Shown here piece after piece: positions 62,503 to 64,000 of a stretch of 64,000 nt of DNA. The notes beneath the pieces are model-generated. The model saw nothing but the letters and a program-made list of their open reading frames with translations. It ran no database searches and was not told the origin of the DNA. Every line of letters begins with the position of its first letter. Position 1 is the stretch's first letter. Position numbers and translations under genes: made by a program. This stretch comes from an uncultured delta proteobacterium (GTDB lineage Bacteria > Desulfobacterota > RBG-13-43-22): the NCBI GenBank assembly GCA_963790475.1, contig CAWBOS010000015.1, positions 416,001-480,000 on the forward strand, given 5' to 3'.

Positions 62503-63410
62503 GATTCCACCGGGTAATTTTTTTCCTTCCAGGCCGTCAATCCGTCCCTCAGAATTTTCACGTTGGTGAAGCCTCGGATAACCAGTTTTTCGGCCACTTT
62601 TTCGTCATAATGCTCGCTGATGGTTCTTCCATAGACAATGATTTCTTTGGACTTGTCCGTCTTTTCCAGTCTCAAATCATACATAAAATCGAATGTGGAC
62701 AAAGGAAGATTCAGTGCGTTCTTGATGTGTTCCTGTTCAAAAAAAATGGCGGGTGTGGCATCTACCATGAGGAGCTCTCCTTGTTGGTATTTTTCATAAA
62801 TATCCGAAGGATTCGTGAAGGAAATGGCCGGATCCGCAAAACTTTTTTGAAAAAGAGGGATACCCGTGGGGTTGGAGGCATTAAAAACAAAAGCCATTAA
62901 TACGCTGATGAAAACAATAGGAATGTAGTCAATCCATCTGAAGCGGGGACGTTCAAGTTGCAATTTGGTCTGCTTTTCGATTAAGGAACCGGCCCTCTGA
63001 AGCCAGTGAGAAAACCCTTTGCCGAGCGCCGCCGTCACCTCAGGATAATCTTTCATAATGGGTTCAAACCGATCCCTGGAAATCATGATCAAACGGGTTT
63101 CCTCAAGGGTCTTTACCGAAGCTGGGACCGGTTCGCTGGAGAGGAGGTTGAATTCACCGAAACTCTCGCCCGGACCTAATTGCCCCAGCTCATATTCAAG
63201 ACCTCCCTTACCGGGTCTGGATAGCTTTACTTTTCCGGAGATGATAATACAGCAAACTTTGCCTATGTCTCCCATTTTAGCAAGGGTAGTGTCCTTGGGG
63301 ATCGTCATGGTAAGGGAAACTTCGGCAATGGCCTCGAGGGCTTCCTGACTTAAGCTCCCGAACAAGTGGCTTTTAGCGAGGGTTTCTCTGATTTCGGTTT
63401 TCTCATCCAT
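62499..63410 (-). CDS. cNMP-binding domain + TM + rhodanese-like domain fusion
   Basis: LFGSLS, IISGKV, LGPGESFGE, ASVKT; TM; FEQEHIKNALNLP, IIVYG, GLTAWKEKNYPVE. Confidence 0.8.
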   Translation of the reverse strand: MDEKTEIRETLAKSHLFGSLSQEALEAIAEVSLTMTIPKDTTLAKMGDIGKVCCIIISGKVKLSRPGKGGLEYELGQLGPGESFGEFNLLSSEPVPASVKTLEETRLIMISRDRFEPIMKDYPEVTAALGKGFSHWLQRAGSLIEKQTKLQLERPRFRWIDYIPIVFISVLMAFVFNASNPTGIPLFQKSFADPAISFTNPSDIYEKYQQGELLMVDATPAIFFEQEHIKNALNLPLSTFDFMYDLRLEKTDKSKEIIVYGRTISEHYDEKVAEKLVIRGFTNVKILRDGLTAWKEKNYPVES

Positions 63411-63698
63411 AATTAAATTGAAGCTTCCTACGACAAGACTACGGCGAGCTCTTGGCCTCGCTCTAAGTGAGGCTGAACGTTGTTGGGCGCGCGAATAAAT
63501 CTTTAACAAAAAGATTTATTCAGAACATAGGCCGCAGTGAAGAAAGGTAAATCGCAATCCTGCGAAATGCCGACCGAACAACCTTTTCGAGTCTATCATG
63601 TTTAAATATATCACAAAGACGTCACTTTGGCAATCAAAACTACCCGACAGGGAGTGTAGTCAAGGGCGAGGTCGACCGGACCTTCTTATTGACAGGGC

Positions 63699-64000
63699 TT
63701 AGCCCTCGACCGCCACTTCAATCGGCACCCCTTGCGGAAAGCTCAAGATGACGGCCGGGACTTGGAGTTCATCGTTGTGGTCATAGGTCTCCCGCAGCGT
63801 CTTCCAGTCAAGATCCGGGTCGGCGATCAGTTTGGCGAGAGAATCAATTCGCACAATTCTTTTCTCTGAGAGGCTGATCCCTGGCCCCATATCCCGAGCG
63901 ATCCCCCAGTAGTCCCAGGGCAGCATTTCGCGTTTGTTGAGGGCGGCCAGATCGCGTACCACGCTTGAGGCCACAAACCACTCGCCGGTGATGCCAACTG
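63699..64000 (-). CDS. C-terminus of a transglutaminase-like protein (runs off right edge)
   Basis: WFVASSVVRDLAALNKREMLPWDYWG. Confidence 0.55.
   Translation of the reverse strand, partial: VGITGEWFVASSVVRDLAALNKREMLPWDYWGIARDMGPGISLSEKRIVRIDSLAKLIADPDLDWKTLRETYDHNDELQVPAVILSFPQGVPIEVAVEG

Overview
A roughly 50% GC window from an anaerobic sulfur-cycling bacterium; gene content suggests Desulfobacterota/Deltaproteobacteria (inference). Many single-base frameshifts, often in homopolymers, look like long-read assembly errors. Left to right: (1) 1-12.3 kb, an unusual type II fatty-acid/lipid cluster with an acyl-CoA ligase, two ACPs, two paralogous radical-SAM enzymes, two FabF-like ketosynthases, a thioesterase, a stand-alone PKS-type dehydratase, two B12-dependent radical-SAM enzymes and PlsY. 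This is the best candidate for an undescribed system. (2) An hcp nitrosative-stress operon with a perfect FNR/HcpR-type box. (3) GspA/GspB and catabolic genes. (4) A periplasmic flavoprotein/tetraheme cytochrome/lactonase module whose AraC regulator is split by a 1,976-nt group II intron; removing the intron restores the reading frame. (5) Dissimilatory sulfur genes sat-aprBA-qmoAB-hdrCB, with no qmoC. (6) Housekeeping and accessory genes, a BrnTA toxin-antitoxin pair, a Cys-rich exported protein, and arsR-arsM flanked by direct repeats. Intergenic DNA is full of MITE/REP-like palindromes, including a 142-bp MITE that twice sits in a hairpin loop with a 3-bp target duplication. No rRNA, tRNA or CRISPR array was recognised. 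All calls come from reading motifs by eye; no searches were run.
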